Shown: positions 20,134-29,927 of the stretch, one piece after another | Numbering within the stretch: position 1 is the stretch's first letter | Layout: each line of letters begins with the position of its first letter | DNA from: Planctomycetota bacterium | Lineage (GTDB): Bacteria; Planctomycetota; Planctomycetia; Pirellulales; UBA1268 | Assembly (NCBI GenBank): GCA_014238855.1 | Contig: JABAAH010000007.1 | Coordinates: 3,000 to 66,999, forward strand | Direction: 5' to 3' | Length of the DNA stretch: 64,000 nucleotides | The notes under the pieces: model-generated | What the model was told of the DNA's origin: nothing | The model's input: the letters and a program-made list of their open reading frames with translations, nothing else | The model's database searches: none | Made by a program: the position numbers and the translations under genes

Positions 20134-21394
20134 TGAAAAAAATCACCACGACAGTAAGCACCATCAAGGCGGCAAACGAGAGGGCCGACAGTTTTTGATA
20201 TCTGCGGCTTATCTTTGTTGCTCTGTTCCGTGAAGTACTTCCAACTGTAGCAGCACTCTTATTCACAACGGCAAGAAGGTTCTTCTGAAAAGCACGTTGT
20301 GGTGGCAGTTCTGGACTGACTTCCGAATACTGAAGACACGCTGCAATGGCATCAGCCGCTTCAGCAGCGTCACAGTATCGCCGATGTGGGTCTGTTGCTG
20401 TCATGAAATCAAGGAGCGATTGGATTTCTTTCGGACATCCTTCTATCGGTGGCCATAGTGTCGAGAGGCGTGCTGCTTTTTCACGAATAAAAGTTGCCGT
20501 TGCTGCAGGACTTTCTTTCAGAACTATCGGACTCCCAGTCAGCAGCGTATGAAGCAAACACCCTACCCCATAGACATCACCCATTGGTGTTACAGGTTCA
20601 CCCGAAACAAGACGTTCTGGTGGAACAAAGCAGATCTTTTCACCAAGCTTTGAGACAACCCGAGATGACCGGAAAGAGTCGGCTGATACAAGACAGAGTG
20701 GGTCGCCGAATAAAGGATACTGCAAAAGCCGCAAACCTTTATGAACCATCAAGTCTGCTGCTGGACCGACAACGACACTTGTTGAAATCATGCCGTGAAT
20801 ACCCCCAAGCCGATGAATCTCGGCAACACCACGGCACACGGAAAGAGTTGCAAGAACTGCCTCAACAATCGGCCACCTGCTTGTTTGTCCAAGCGCCGTA
20901 ATAGAAACAACAGAACCAAGGTCCTCACAGACAATAAACCGATGCTCTCCCGTCGACTCCAATGCCCATGTTCTTGATAGCACGGGGGATGTTGTTTCGG
21001 CGGCGCGTTCCACGTGACGAATAATCTCGGTCCACACTTCAACGCGCTGACTCGCCGAGTCGTCGATTGGCACAAGAGACACAGACTGCTTCGTCGGGTC
21101 GTGACGACCTCGATACATTACACCACCGAAAGGCATCTCACACTTTTCAAGAAGGCGATACTCCCCCATGAAAAAGCTACTGACACTTCCCTTCGCAAGC
21201 TGTTTGGCCTGCCATAAAGTCACAATTTCTTGTCGGACAAGCCACTGTGCTGCAAGCGCTGTTTGATTTTCCAAGGAACCAGACTGTTTTATTGCATCCG
21301 AACACGTCGCTTGTATTCCACGGATTTTATCTACGGAAAGCAGTCCACTTTCAGCAAGTCTTTTCCAGAAAATATCGAGGGGCAGCACAGGCAT
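20009..21394 (-). CDS. Ser/Thr-kinase-fold receptor lacking catalytic residues (pseudokinase), ending in a TM helix
   Basis: The kinase fold is recognisable: YRLLEKCEMPFGGVMYRG, FVPPERL, DVYGVGCLLHTLLTG, DPHRRY. The VAIK lysine position reads SVSLVPI, the HRDLKPxN position reads IHGMISTSVV, and the DFG position reads LFG. The TM helix LSALSFAALMVLTVVVIFF is followed by 40 aa of Cys/Arg-rich, non-protein-like tail. Confidence 0.75.
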   Translation of the reverse strand: MPVLPLDIFWKRLAESGLLSVDKIRGIQATCSDAIKQSGSLENQTALAAQWLVRQEIVTLWQAKQLAKGSVSSFFMGEYRLLEKCEMPFGGVMYRGRHDPTKQSVSLVPIDDSASQRVEVWTEIIRHVERAAETTSPVLSRTWALESTGEHRFIVCEDLGSVVSITALGQTSRWPIVEAVLATLSVCRGVAEIHRLGGIHGMISTSVVVGPAADLMVHKGLRLLQYPLFGDPLCLVSADSFRSSRVVSKLGEKICFVPPERLVSGEPVTPMGDVYGVGCLLHTLLTGSPIVLKESPAATATFIREKAARLSTLWPPIEGCPKEIQSLLDFMTATDPHRRYCDAAEAADAIAACLQYSEVSPELPPQRAFQKNLLAVVNKSAATVGSTSRNRATKISRRYQKLSALSFAALMVLTVVVIFFNVADMVTFGIGFQRSFGCYSRQRKPILFIRCSASGKIFLRW

Positions 21395-21659
21395 AACATA
21401 AAACCAAAAATTGAATCTCGGCTACAAACAGTCCGTATTGACAGACCATACATAATACGCTGATTTGTACTCTCTACAGATTACCCGGTAATTCATGGCC
21501 ACGAACAGGTAGTAAAGACAGCAAGAATCGTACGCGGCTGAAATCTCCGGTTGTCTTACTTAAAACAAGACCGATATGATCCCATGGTGACACAAAGCAG
21601 TATCAGTGTGTTCCTCAGGACACAATCACCATAAACATCTTCGAATCAGGTCCATCATC

Positions 21660-22895
21660 ATGCGATCCAGTGAGGCAAACCGAATTTATTTTGATCGAGC
21701 AGCAGACCAACTCGATCTGAGTGAGAACATTCGACAACTCCTGCTCACACCGCAGCGAGAAGTTCAGGTCAAACTTCCAGTGGAACTCGATTCAGGGGCT
21801 GTGGCATCGTTTATTGGCTATCGTGTGCAACACAACAATGCACGCGGACCAATGAAAGGAGGCTTGCGATACCATCCACAAGTTGATCTAGATGAAATTC
21901 GCGCGCTCGCATCATTGATGACCTGGAAGACCGCCGTTGTCAACATTCCATACGGAGGTTCGAAAGGTGGTATCGCACTTGACCCGAAATCGCTTTCCAC
22001 GCGGGAACTCCAACGGGTTACGAGAGGATTCGTTGACAACGTGCATGATCTCATTGGGCCCGACGTAGATATTCCAGCCCCGGACATGGGAACTTCTTCA
22101 GAAGTCATGGCATGGATCATGAATCAATATGATAAATTCCACGGCTTCTCCCCTGCTTGTGTCACTGGCAAGCCCGTGGAATATCATGGGCTACCCGGTC
22201 GCGAAGAGGCCACAGGCCGAGGGGTCGGACTGCTTACTGTAAAACTTCTCAGTCGTCTCGGCCGACGAATACCCGGGACCCGTGTTGCCATACAAGGTTT
22301 CGGTAATGTTGGTACCCACACTGCAAAGTTCCTTCAGGAGACAGAGTGTCGGATCATCGCCGTGGGCGACGCAACCACAAATGTATATCGAAAAGAAGGT
22401 CTCGATGTGCTTGAGATGATTCGGTACGTGCACGGCAACGGGGGCACTTTGACTGGCTACAAAGGAGGAGACGCCATCTCGAATCAAGAATTGCTTTCCT
22501 GCAACTGCGATGTCTTAGTCCCTGCTGCTCTTGGGGGTGTTCTGACAAGTGAAAATGCTGGTCACATTAAAGCACCCATTATTATTGAAGCAGCAAATGC
22601 ACCTACTAATCCAGCTGCCGATGCGTTTTTTGATGAAATTGGAGTCACTGTACTACCTGACATTCTATGTAATGCAGGTGGCGTCACCGCAAGTTGGTTT
22701 GAGTGGGTACAAAATCGGCAGCATTACCAATGGGGAATGAATCGAGTTCGCCAAGAGCTTGACCGCATTCTTGGTGAAGCATTTGAACAAGTCTGGCAGC
22801 TTGCCTCATCCAGAAAAGTCTCACTGCGCACTGCCGCTTTTATGCTTGGAGTTGGAAGAGTGCGTCAGGCAACCGCCCTCGGAGGAATAGGGTGA
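21660..22895 (+). CDS. gdhA: NAD(P)-dependent glutamate dehydrogenase
   Basis: ARGPMKGGLRYHP, the catalytic-Lys segment PYGGSKGGI, and the Rossmann segment VAIQGFGNVG. Start taken at ATG 21660. Confidence 0.9.
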   Translation: MRSSEANRIYFDRAADQLDLSENIRQLLLTPQREVQVKLPVELDSGAVASFIGYRVQHNNARGPMKGGLRYHPQVDLDEIRALASLMTWKTAVVNIPYGGSKGGIALDPKSLSTRELQRVTRGFVDNVHDLIGPDVDIPAPDMGTSSEVMAWIMNQYDKFHGFSPACVTGKPVEYHGLPGREEATGRGVGLLTVKLLSRLGRRIPGTRVAIQGFGNVGTHTAKFLQETECRIIAVGDATTNVYRKEGLDVLEMIRYVHGNGGTLTGYKGGDAISNQELLSCNCDVLVPAALGGVLTSENAGHIKAPIIIEAANAPTNPAADAFFDEIGVTVLPDILCNAGGVTASWFEWVQNRQHYQWGMNRVRQELDRILGEAFEQVWQLASSRKVSLRTAAFMLGVGRVRQATALGGIG

Positions 22896-22963
22896 CGCCT
22901 TAAGCTACTCAACACGTTATCGGGATCGTGCCTGACCGCTAGGGCCCTTCCTAAAGCATCATG

Positions 22964-25048
22964 CTACGGATGGTCACTGACACCATCTCCCCGTGTATGT
23001 GCAGCAGGCCGATACCAAGAACCACGCAACCACTGGCTGACAAGTTTGATCTGTTTATCACTCAGGGCCTGTAAACCACCGTCAGGGGCTACACCAAATC
23101 GTGGCATACGATCATTTGTATCCGGGTAAAACCGCTGATGTGTCGGATCAGTAACTATCCCTACCAACCACTCTTCAGACCCCCATCCATTCAGATCTGG
23201 TGCATAGCCAAGCTCTGTCTCATTGCTTCGATAAGGATGGCAACTTCCACAGCGATCAGTATCAGCAATCAGCTCATGTCCACGTTTGATGACTTTCTTT
23301 TTTCCAGTCTCTTGTAGCAGGCCAGCCTCCGCCACAAGCGCGAAGACAACGGCTTCTTTGTCCTCTCGCTTCCACTCGTCTTCATCGGTGAAGTCCTCGC
23401 AGACAAAGGACACCATATCGCCTTCGTTATGCGCTGTGTTACCAAAATAGGCCGCGCCGCCGACCCGCTTTGGATCAAGGAGCCCTCGCACCCACGACTC
23501 TCCGCCAAATTCAAAAAGATTTGCAGCCGAAGATTTCGCAAACATCTCCTTAGCATTCTCAGCGGCAGGATCGACATGGGCATGGCAACTCTGGCAGTGC
23601 TGAGCAAATAATTTTGGTCCCTGCGTCAGAGGATCACTACGTACTAATGAGAGTGCTCCAGTAGACGGTATTTTTTCCGGCCGCCCCGCAAGCTCTACCG
23701 CCCGAGCAGAATCACGTGAAGCCTGCTTCACGGCGACTAGAAAAGCTTCAGAACGACGAACGGCTTCAAGCTTCTCTCGTCTTTTCGTAAAGGCATTCAA
23801 CTTTTCTTTATCGTGCCCAAGCGCCGCAAAGATCTTCTCATCATCTCCGCCTGTTGACTTAAGCAACTTTTCAACATCCGCAAAAGTAGACCGGTCTACC
23901 CAGAGCGCATAATAATCTTCATGAAGAGCCATCGCAGTCAAAAGACCAGCGCCTGCCAAGATTGCAATGGTAAAAACGACATTGAATCGATGACCAAGTT
24001 TCCACTGCCCAAAAATTGGCATAAGAAACATAATGCCCAGCGTAGCTCCTGGCACGACGATGGCACCGAGAAATTCACCCGTTGCTCCCCAACCCTCGAA
24101 AACCTTAAGGAACTGAAACAGAAAAAGAAAATACCATTCAGGCCGAGCCGCGGCGTACGGTTCGGATGAATCAGCCGGTGCACCAAGCTCTGCACCGAGA
24201 TGCCCAGGTACGATTGGTTCTCCAGCAAGAATTGCACGCAAAGCTGGTAGTAGAATCACACCCAGAACAACAGCCATCACAGCAAGCATTGCCACGGCAT
24301 CCTTGAGCACCTGGTCCGGCCAAAACATTGCGTCTGGCTGCGTGATTGGCTGCTTGGCATGCAGGCCATGCTTCCGGAATAAAGTTAGGTGTAAGACGAG
24401 GAAGACAACCAGCGTTGCAGGCAAGAACCCAGCATGCAGTGCAAAGAACCGCGTGAGTGTATGGTGCCCGTAGTCAGGGCCACCAACAACGAGTTGCTGC
24501 ATCGATGGACCAACGAGCGGCACAAGCCCTGCTAAATTTGTGGCAACTCGAGTCGCCCAATACCCTTTCTGGTCCCATGGCAGAAGGTACCCGGTCAGGG
24601 CCATGCCGAGGACCAGCATCATTAACACCAACCCTAGCCAGAAATTCACTTCACGGGGTGCCCGATACGCACCATCAATCACGACTTGCATCACATGAAG
24701 CGCAAGCAGTACGACCATGGCCTGAGCCATCACGTGATGAAGACCTCGAAGGAGCCAGCCTCCTGTCATCTCATACTGAATATAGTAAACGCTTTCCCAA
24801 GCAGTCTGAGCACTTGCTGAATAACTTGCCCAAAGCACTAAGCCGGTAATGACTTGCGTCATGAAAGCAAAGACGAGAGTGCTTCCCCACACGTATCGCC
24901 AACGAGCACCGCCGGGAACCCGCTCATACAGTGCACTTCGAACAAGGGCTCGGTACCCTGTTCGACTATCAAGCCAATTACCGATCCAACTGCCGCCGGC
25001 TACTTCATCAGCATTAGATGATTCACCATGTCCAGAGGCGTCTCTCAT
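22964..25048 (-). CDS. cytochrome b (b6 + subunit IV-like) fused to a C-terminal di-haem cytochrome c domain
   Basis: N-terminal polytopic cytochrome b with haem-ligand His segments (LLRGLHHVMAQAMVVLLALHVMQ; HTLTRFFALHAGFLP). C-terminal CQSCH and CGSCH motifs. The start overlaps the Rieske stop by 4 nt. Confidence 0.9.
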   Translation of the reverse strand: MRDASGHGESSNADEVAGGSWIGNWLDSRTGYRALVRSALYERVPGGARWRYVWGSTLVFAFMTQVITGLVLWASYSASAQTAWESVYYIQYEMTGGWLLRGLHHVMAQAMVVLLALHVMQVVIDGAYRAPREVNFWLGLVLMMLVLGMALTGYLLPWDQKGYWATRVATNLAGLVPLVGPSMQQLVVGGPDYGHHTLTRFFALHAGFLPATLVVFLVLHLTLFRKHGLHAKQPITQPDAMFWPDQVLKDAVAMLAVMAVVLGVILLPALRAILAGEPIVPGHLGAELGAPADSSEPYAAARPEWYFLFLFQFLKVFEGWGATGEFLGAIVVPGATLGIMFLMPIFGQWKLGHRFNVVFTIAILAGAGLLTAMALHEDYYALWVDRSTFADVEKLLKSTGGDDEKIFAALGHDKEKLNAFTKRREKLEAVRRSEAFLVAVKQASRDSARAVELAGRPEKIPSTGALSLVRSDPLTQGPKLFAQHCQSCHAHVDPAAENAKEMFAKSSAANLFEFGGESWVRGLLDPKRVGGAAYFGNTAHNEGDMVSFVCEDFTDEDEWKREDKEAVVFALVAEAGLLQETGKKKVIKRGHELIADTDRCGSCHPYRSNETELGYAPDLNGWGSEEWLVGIVTDPTHQRFYPDTNDRMPRFGVAPDGGLQALSDKQIKLVSQWLRGSWYRPAAHTRGDGVSDHP

Positions 25049-25632
25049 TTTCGCGCCACCTTGTCTTCAATACCTGTATAGAAATTCTGCCACTTCACAG
25101 ATACTGCACCCGCCTTACTTACCTCACACTCAAGACTATCCATTGATCGAGGGCTTGGACTTGGTGCAACAATACCACCATCGAGAGTAAAACTACTGTT
25201 GTGGCATGGACACCGAAAACAACCTGCTACCTTATCTAATTCAACGAAGCATCCTGCATGAGGACATGTTGCTGAGAGTACCTCAACACGATCAGTGCCA
25301 TCTTCTCTTTTCACGTACACGGCACCAATTGGTTCGGCTTTAAAACCTGTCCATGCATCAACTCGATCAGCAATGACCGGAAACTGTCGAGGCTGTCCAT
25401 CTGCAGGAACATTCGTCAGATCAGTGAGAGGGAGGAACGTCGCTGCAGCTGATGACCTCCGTAAAGGATCAAGAAAAGCCCAGACCGCTGCGACAACAGG
25501 CGGGAGTGTGGCAAGCCCTCCACACAAAACCGCTAGTGCTCCCGTAAGAAAGCTTCGCCGTCTCGTCTCCTGTACAGCGGGCTCTTCACCCAATTGCTCA
25601 GTCACAGCCTGACCTCCAGTTACATCGGGCAC
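25045..25632 (-). CDS. Rieske [2Fe-2S] subunit with Tat signal
   Basis: Twin-arginine ETRRRSFLTGALAV. Rieske boxes CPHAGC and CPCHNSSF. Confidence 0.9.
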   Translation of the reverse strand: MPDVTGGQAVTEQLGEEPAVQETRRRSFLTGALAVLCGGLATLPPVVAAVWAFLDPLRRSSAAATFLPLTDLTNVPADGQPRQFPVIADRVDAWTGFKAEPIGAVYVKREDGTDRVEVLSATCPHAGCFVELDKVAGCFRCPCHNSSFTLDGGIVAPSPSPRSMDSLECEVSKAGAVSVKWQNFYTGIEDKVARK

Positions 25633-25895
25633 TCACAAAACAACTTCGCTTTGATGGCAGAGTATATTCACTTCAATAGTAGTGATGCCGTTGAACTTAC
25701 GTATCTTCTCAACCGATCCTTACAAACATAACCAAGACACAAGAGAAAAAGACTTATTTTATCTCTTATGAAATCTCGTTGTTATTACAGTATTACGTAT
25801 TATTCAAGAAGAATATGACGGAGAGCATTCTTGGTATCAGAAAAACATTTTCTGGCATCAGCCACACATCTCGGATCACATACTGGAAACTTTGA

Positions 25896-26894
25896 TTATT
25901 TTAACTCGAGACCACGCCACGCAGCGTCAACCGCTTCAGTTACCTGTTTTTCAACGTCGTCAAAAGACCCAATGACAATTGCGCCTGCTGCTGCTTTATG
26001 ACCTCCGCCGCCGAAGTGCCCTGCAAGAGCACTGCAATCGGCAGCACCACGACTCCGAAAGCTCAACTTCACTCTTTTATCTGGCTGCTCAATCATAATT
26101 GCTGCGACTTGCGTACCCTTCACTGCAAGAGTCAGATTAATGAGATCTTCAGTGTCAGCCGGCGAGGCACTAACTTCTTTAATATCTGATTGACGCACTG
26201 TTGAAAGAATACAGGCTCCCTCATTGAAGGTTCGTGCTCCCGCGAGCGTTCGTCCAACGAGATGCAGTCGTGAAAGAGTGTCTTGCTCAAAGAGTTCCCT
26301 GTATATGAATGATGGACTAGCACCGGCATCAACAAGACGCGCGGCGACACGAAAGGTCTCACCGCTGGCCGACGGAAAGCGGAATCCTCCAGTATCGGTA
26401 GAGAGTCCGGCGTAAAGTGGCGTAGCAATCTCTTCGGTAAGTGGTACTCGTAAACGCAAACCGATTTCATAAACGATGCGTGCTGTTGCCTCAGCAGTTG
26501 TATCTTTAAACCAACGATCTGAAAGGTCATCTTCGCTGACATGATGATCTACAACAACAACACGCTCGCGCTGTCGCTTGAGAACCTCTCCCATGGCACC
26601 AAGTTGAGCCCAGGCGCTCGTATCAAGCACTATCAGCAGATCACGGTCATCGAGGCCTGAGGGCGTGATGCCCCGTGCCAAAGACTCACACTTCCCTTGC
26701 GGATCAATCCACTGAAGGTTTGCTGGAGTTTCCTGCGAGTTTACTATCCTGACATCTTTTCCAACGGCTTCAAGAATCCCCGCCATTCCTAATTCACTAC
26801 CAAGCGCATCGCAGTCAGGCCGAACATGGCTTGTGAGCACAACCCTCTTCGATTCATCAAGAACACGAAGAAACGCAGACCAATCAAGACGCAT
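25896..26894 (-). CDS. nrnA: DHH-family phosphoesterase (NrnA-type oligoribonuclease / pAp phosphatase)
   Basis: SHVRPDCDALGS, VVVVDHHVS and the DHHA1 motif FGGGGHKAAAGA. Confidence 0.85.
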   Translation of the reverse strand: MRLDWSAFLRVLDESKRVVLTSHVRPDCDALGSELGMAGILEAVGKDVRIVNSQETPANLQWIDPQGKCESLARGITPSGLDDRDLLIVLDTSAWAQLGAMGEVLKRQRERVVVVDHHVSEDDLSDRWFKDTTAEATARIVYEIGLRLRVPLTEEIATPLYAGLSTDTGGFRFPSASGETFRVAARLVDAGASPSFIYRELFEQDTLSRLHLVGRTLAGARTFNEGACILSTVRQSDIKEVSASPADTEDLINLTLAVKGTQVAAIMIEQPDKRVKLSFRSRGAADCSALAGHFGGGGHKAAAGAIVIGSFDDVEKQVTEAVDAAWRGLELK

Positions 26895-26958
26895 AGAGAC
26901 TTTCCTTTTCTACGGAGGCGGTAGTACGGCTAATTTAGCAGAATATTTTCATTTCATC

Positions 26959-27960
26959 TTAACGGGAGAAAGAGGCTGACGTCAGTGAAACTCGTTCAAG
27001 CTGGTGAGTTCCCAGATTTAGCTGCGACAATGACTCCACCTGCAAGACATCGTCACGCAGTTGCTCGACAAGGGCGTGGGTGTCTTTAAATTTCTCAGTA
27101 GCCCGAAGCCGTTGAAAAAAATTGACCTCGACAACTTGACCATAGAGATCACCGGAAAAACCAATCAAGTGTGCCTCTACGGTCTGCTCCACGGCACCAA
27201 ATGTGAGGTTTTTCCCAACATGTATTGCTGCACCGTACCGATCACCACGTGCCGTTGTTGCGACTCCAGCGTAAACCCCATCAAGAGGAACTAACGTGTG
27301 GACATCGTGAAGGTTCACCGTAGGGAAACCAAGTTTCGCACCCCGTCGCTGACCTGGAACGACACGGCCTTCAAGGGTGTATGGAAAAACAAGTAGTTCA
27401 GCTGCCCGTGCCACATCTCCTTCTTCGAGTAAGGCACGTATTCGTGAACTCGACACAGCGAGTCCATCGACCTGAACTGCTGCAACTTCTGTTAACGCAA
27501 TTGAATCTCGCTCCGCCCAACGCCGCAAGTGCGCTAACGTCCCCTGTCGATTACGACCGAAATGGAAGTCTTCGCCCTCAACAATAGCGGCTGGATGAAA
27601 ACATTGGCGAAGCACCTCTTGATAGAACTGCTCTGCTGCAAGGTTCAGCAGCTCTGGTGTCGTCTTTACAACGCAAACTGTATCTAAGCCAAGAGCGAGA
27701 AGCAAACTTACTCGCCTCTCTATTGTCGTCAACGAAAGCTTTGGCTGGTTCGGGCAAAGCAATGCAGCAGGATGAGGGTCAAACGTTACTGCAATTGATG
27801 GCAACCCAAGAGGCCGCACGGACTCAATCAGGCGTCTGACTATTTCCTGATGCCCGCGATGTACACCATCAAAGTTTCCAACAGTGATTCCGCAGCCATT
27901 TTCAGGCAACGAGACCCCTTCGACACTACTGAAAACTGTTCCTGAAAATATTCGTGGCAC
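26959..27960 (-). CDS. ribF: bifunctional riboflavin kinase / FMN adenylyltransferase
   Basis: GNFDGVHRGHQ, plus the C-terminal kinase half (GRVVPGQRRGAKLGFPTVNL...VEAHLIGF). The start is uncertain: GTG 27960 is chosen, and the open frame extends to TTG 28038. Confidence 0.85.
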   Translation of the reverse strand: MPRIFSGTVFSSVEGVSLPENGCGITVGNFDGVHRGHQEIVRRLIESVRPLGLPSIAVTFDPHPAALLCPNQPKLSLTTIERRVSLLLALGLDTVCVVKTTPELLNLAAEQFYQEVLRQCFHPAAIVEGEDFHFGRNRQGTLAHLRRWAERDSIALTEVAAVQVDGLAVSSSRIRALLEEGDVARAAELLVFPYTLEGRVVPGQRRGAKLGFPTVNLHDVHTLVPLDGVYAGVATTARGDRYGAAIHVGKNLTFGAVEQTVEAHLIGFSGDLYGQVVEVNFFQRLRATEKFKDTHALVEQLRDDVLQVESLSQLNLGTHQLERVSLTSASFSR

Positions 27961-28110
27961 GTGCGCAAAATAGAGAAAGCGGTAAATTAGTGGAGAGGTA
28001 GTTAAGTTGAATTCATACAAACAAGAAGTGCAACCCAAACACTAAGAGTACTAATCCGGGTATGATACTACGACCTGAAGAACTAATCCTGCTTTTGAAT
28101 TGAGGTCGAC

Positions 28111-29706
28111 ATGGCCATTCAGAATGATCCAAAACAAATCTACCTGAATGCGGAGATGGCAAGCCGTTTGGCCGGGATTGATATCGGCAGCAATAGTGTT
28201 CGGCTTCTTGTTGCCGAAGTATTCCGAGGGAGCAGTTACCGGATTCTTGACGAGGAACGTGAACCGACGAGACTCGCGCACAGCATCTCTTCAGATGGTC
28301 GACTGGACGAAGATGCGATGGAGAGAACTCTTGTTGCACTTGAAACCTTCAAACAAATCGCAGCTGGGTACCAGGTTTCGGCACTTCGTACAATTGCCAC
28401 ATGCGCTGTTCGGGAAGCCACAAACGGACCAGAGTTCTGTCAGCGAATAGAGAAAGAAGTTGGACTCAACGTCGAAGTGATTTCCGGGGAGAGAGAAGCC
28501 CGCCTCGCGTTCTCAAGCGTACAGCATGCCTTCGACCTCAATGGAAAAAACATTGTTATCGCTGATATCGGAGGCGGCAGCACTGAAATTGTCTTTGCTA
28601 CCGGCTCTCTTGTGGAATCGATTTTTTCAACACCGCTCGGTGCAGTGAGACTTACCGAATGGTGTGGAGTAGGAAGTGGTGCTGAAGGCGTTGAGTTCCA
28701 ACAGGGGCTTATAAAACTTGACAAAGAAATTACGGGATGTCTCAAGCGTGAAACGAGCCGGCCGCTGTTCGCACCTCATTTCCTGGTTGGCTCAGGTGGT
28801 ACGTTTACCACCTTGGCGGAACTCGTTATGGCCTCCAAAAAAGAGACTGACATTCCTGTCGCTGGCTACAAGGTTTCTCACGCAGAACTTCGGCACCTTC
28901 TTGATCAACTTAAAAAAATGTCACTTCGATCTCGCAAGTCAATGGCGGGCATGTCGTCAGATAGGGCTGATATCATTATTGCAGGGCTCTCAATCATTGA
29001 CGGCCTCCTCAAACGCTTTCGCGTCAACACGATCCTTGTACATACCCGAGGAGTTCGGGATGGACTTATCCGTGAAATGGTCGACGAGTGCTTCGGCGGA
29101 CAAGCGGACAATCCGGCTGAAAGCGCACAGGCCGTGGAACGACTCGCCGAGACTTGCTCCGGTGAACTTGAACACGGCCGCACTGTAGCCGCATTAGCTG
29201 GAAGAATTTATGACCAGCTTGCCTCTCCTTTAAAACTTCTTCCGTCTGATCGAAAATTACTTGAAACGGCAGCACGATTGCAAGACGTTGGCTATGTCAT
29301 CAACTACGATCAGCATCACAAGCATAGCTATCACCTTATTCGTAACAGTCGCCTCCCTGGAATCCTAGGTCCTGACCTTGAAATGATCGCGAATATTGCT
29401 CGCTATCACCGTGGGGCATTTCCTAAGAAAAAACATCAGAATTTTTCGAGACTCTCCTCTGATGACCAGCAGCGGGTTCGTAGCATGGCGGCAATACTAC
29501 GACTCGCTGGGGGCCTCGACCGAAGCCGTTCACAACAAGTCAAAGATGTACTTGCAAGCATTGATAAAGACGGGGCAAACCTTGTAGTTGTTTCTGACGC
29601 AAACCCTCAGGTTGATATCTGGGGAGCAGAACGACGAACCGATCTTTTTGAAAAGGCATTTGACATGCCCGTTCGAATCCGATGGGCAGAATCACAACCG
29701 AAATGA
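28111..29706 (+). CDS. ppx: Ppx/GppA-family exopolyphosphatase with C-terminal HD domain
   Basis: ASKHA-fold motifs AGIDIGSNSVRLLV and ADIGGGSTE. C-terminal HD region (RLQDVGYVINYDQHHKHSYHLI). Confidence 0.9.
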   Translation: MAIQNDPKQIYLNAEMASRLAGIDIGSNSVRLLVAEVFRGSSYRILDEEREPTRLAHSISSDGRLDEDAMERTLVALETFKQIAAGYQVSALRTIATCAVREATNGPEFCQRIEKEVGLNVEVISGEREARLAFSSVQHAFDLNGKNIVIADIGGGSTEIVFATGSLVESIFSTPLGAVRLTEWCGVGSGAEGVEFQQGLIKLDKEITGCLKRETSRPLFAPHFLVGSGGTFTTLAELVMASKKETDIPVAGYKVSHAELRHLLDQLKKMSLRSRKSMAGMSSDRADIIIAGLSIIDGLLKRFRVNTILVHTRGVRDGLIREMVDECFGGQADNPAESAQAVERLAETCSGELEHGRTVAALAGRIYDQLASPLKLLPSDRKLLETAARLQDVGYVINYDQHHKHSYHLIRNSRLPGILGPDLEMIANIARYHRGAFPKKKHQNFSRLSSDDQQRVRSMAAILRLAGGLDRSRSQQVKDVLASIDKDGANLVVVSDANPQVDIWGAERRTDLFEKAFDMPVRIRWAESQPK

Positions 29707-29927
29707 GTTTGACTTCAAACATGTTGCTACAGTTACAACGATTGAGCCAGACACGCCTTCCCGCCTGACTTCCTTACAAAACGAATAAACCACACGACCC
29801 GCCCTGAACGAACCTAATTTTCTTGCCTCCAGCCTTCCAGCGACTTTCACCGAGTACAGTTAAGGTAGAAAGATTTTTATAAGACCTCCCTGACGTCTGT
29901 CATCTCAGCCGAAATGCCACCAAAACC

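Noticed and set aside
25838-25854. Hairpin CAGAAAA-ACA-TTTTCTG downstream of nrnA as a possible terminator. A similar weak stem lies at 62761-62773.
   Set aside because: The stems are only 5-7 bp. This one is A/T-only and has no following U-tract on the transcribed strand. The 62761-62773 stem is just 5 bp. Both are too weak to call.
29671-29680. GTTCGAATCC, a tRNA T-loop-like string.
   Set aside because: It lies inside the ppx coding frame. The flanks do not form T-arm or acceptor pairings. I saw no other tRNA-like cloverleaf in the window.
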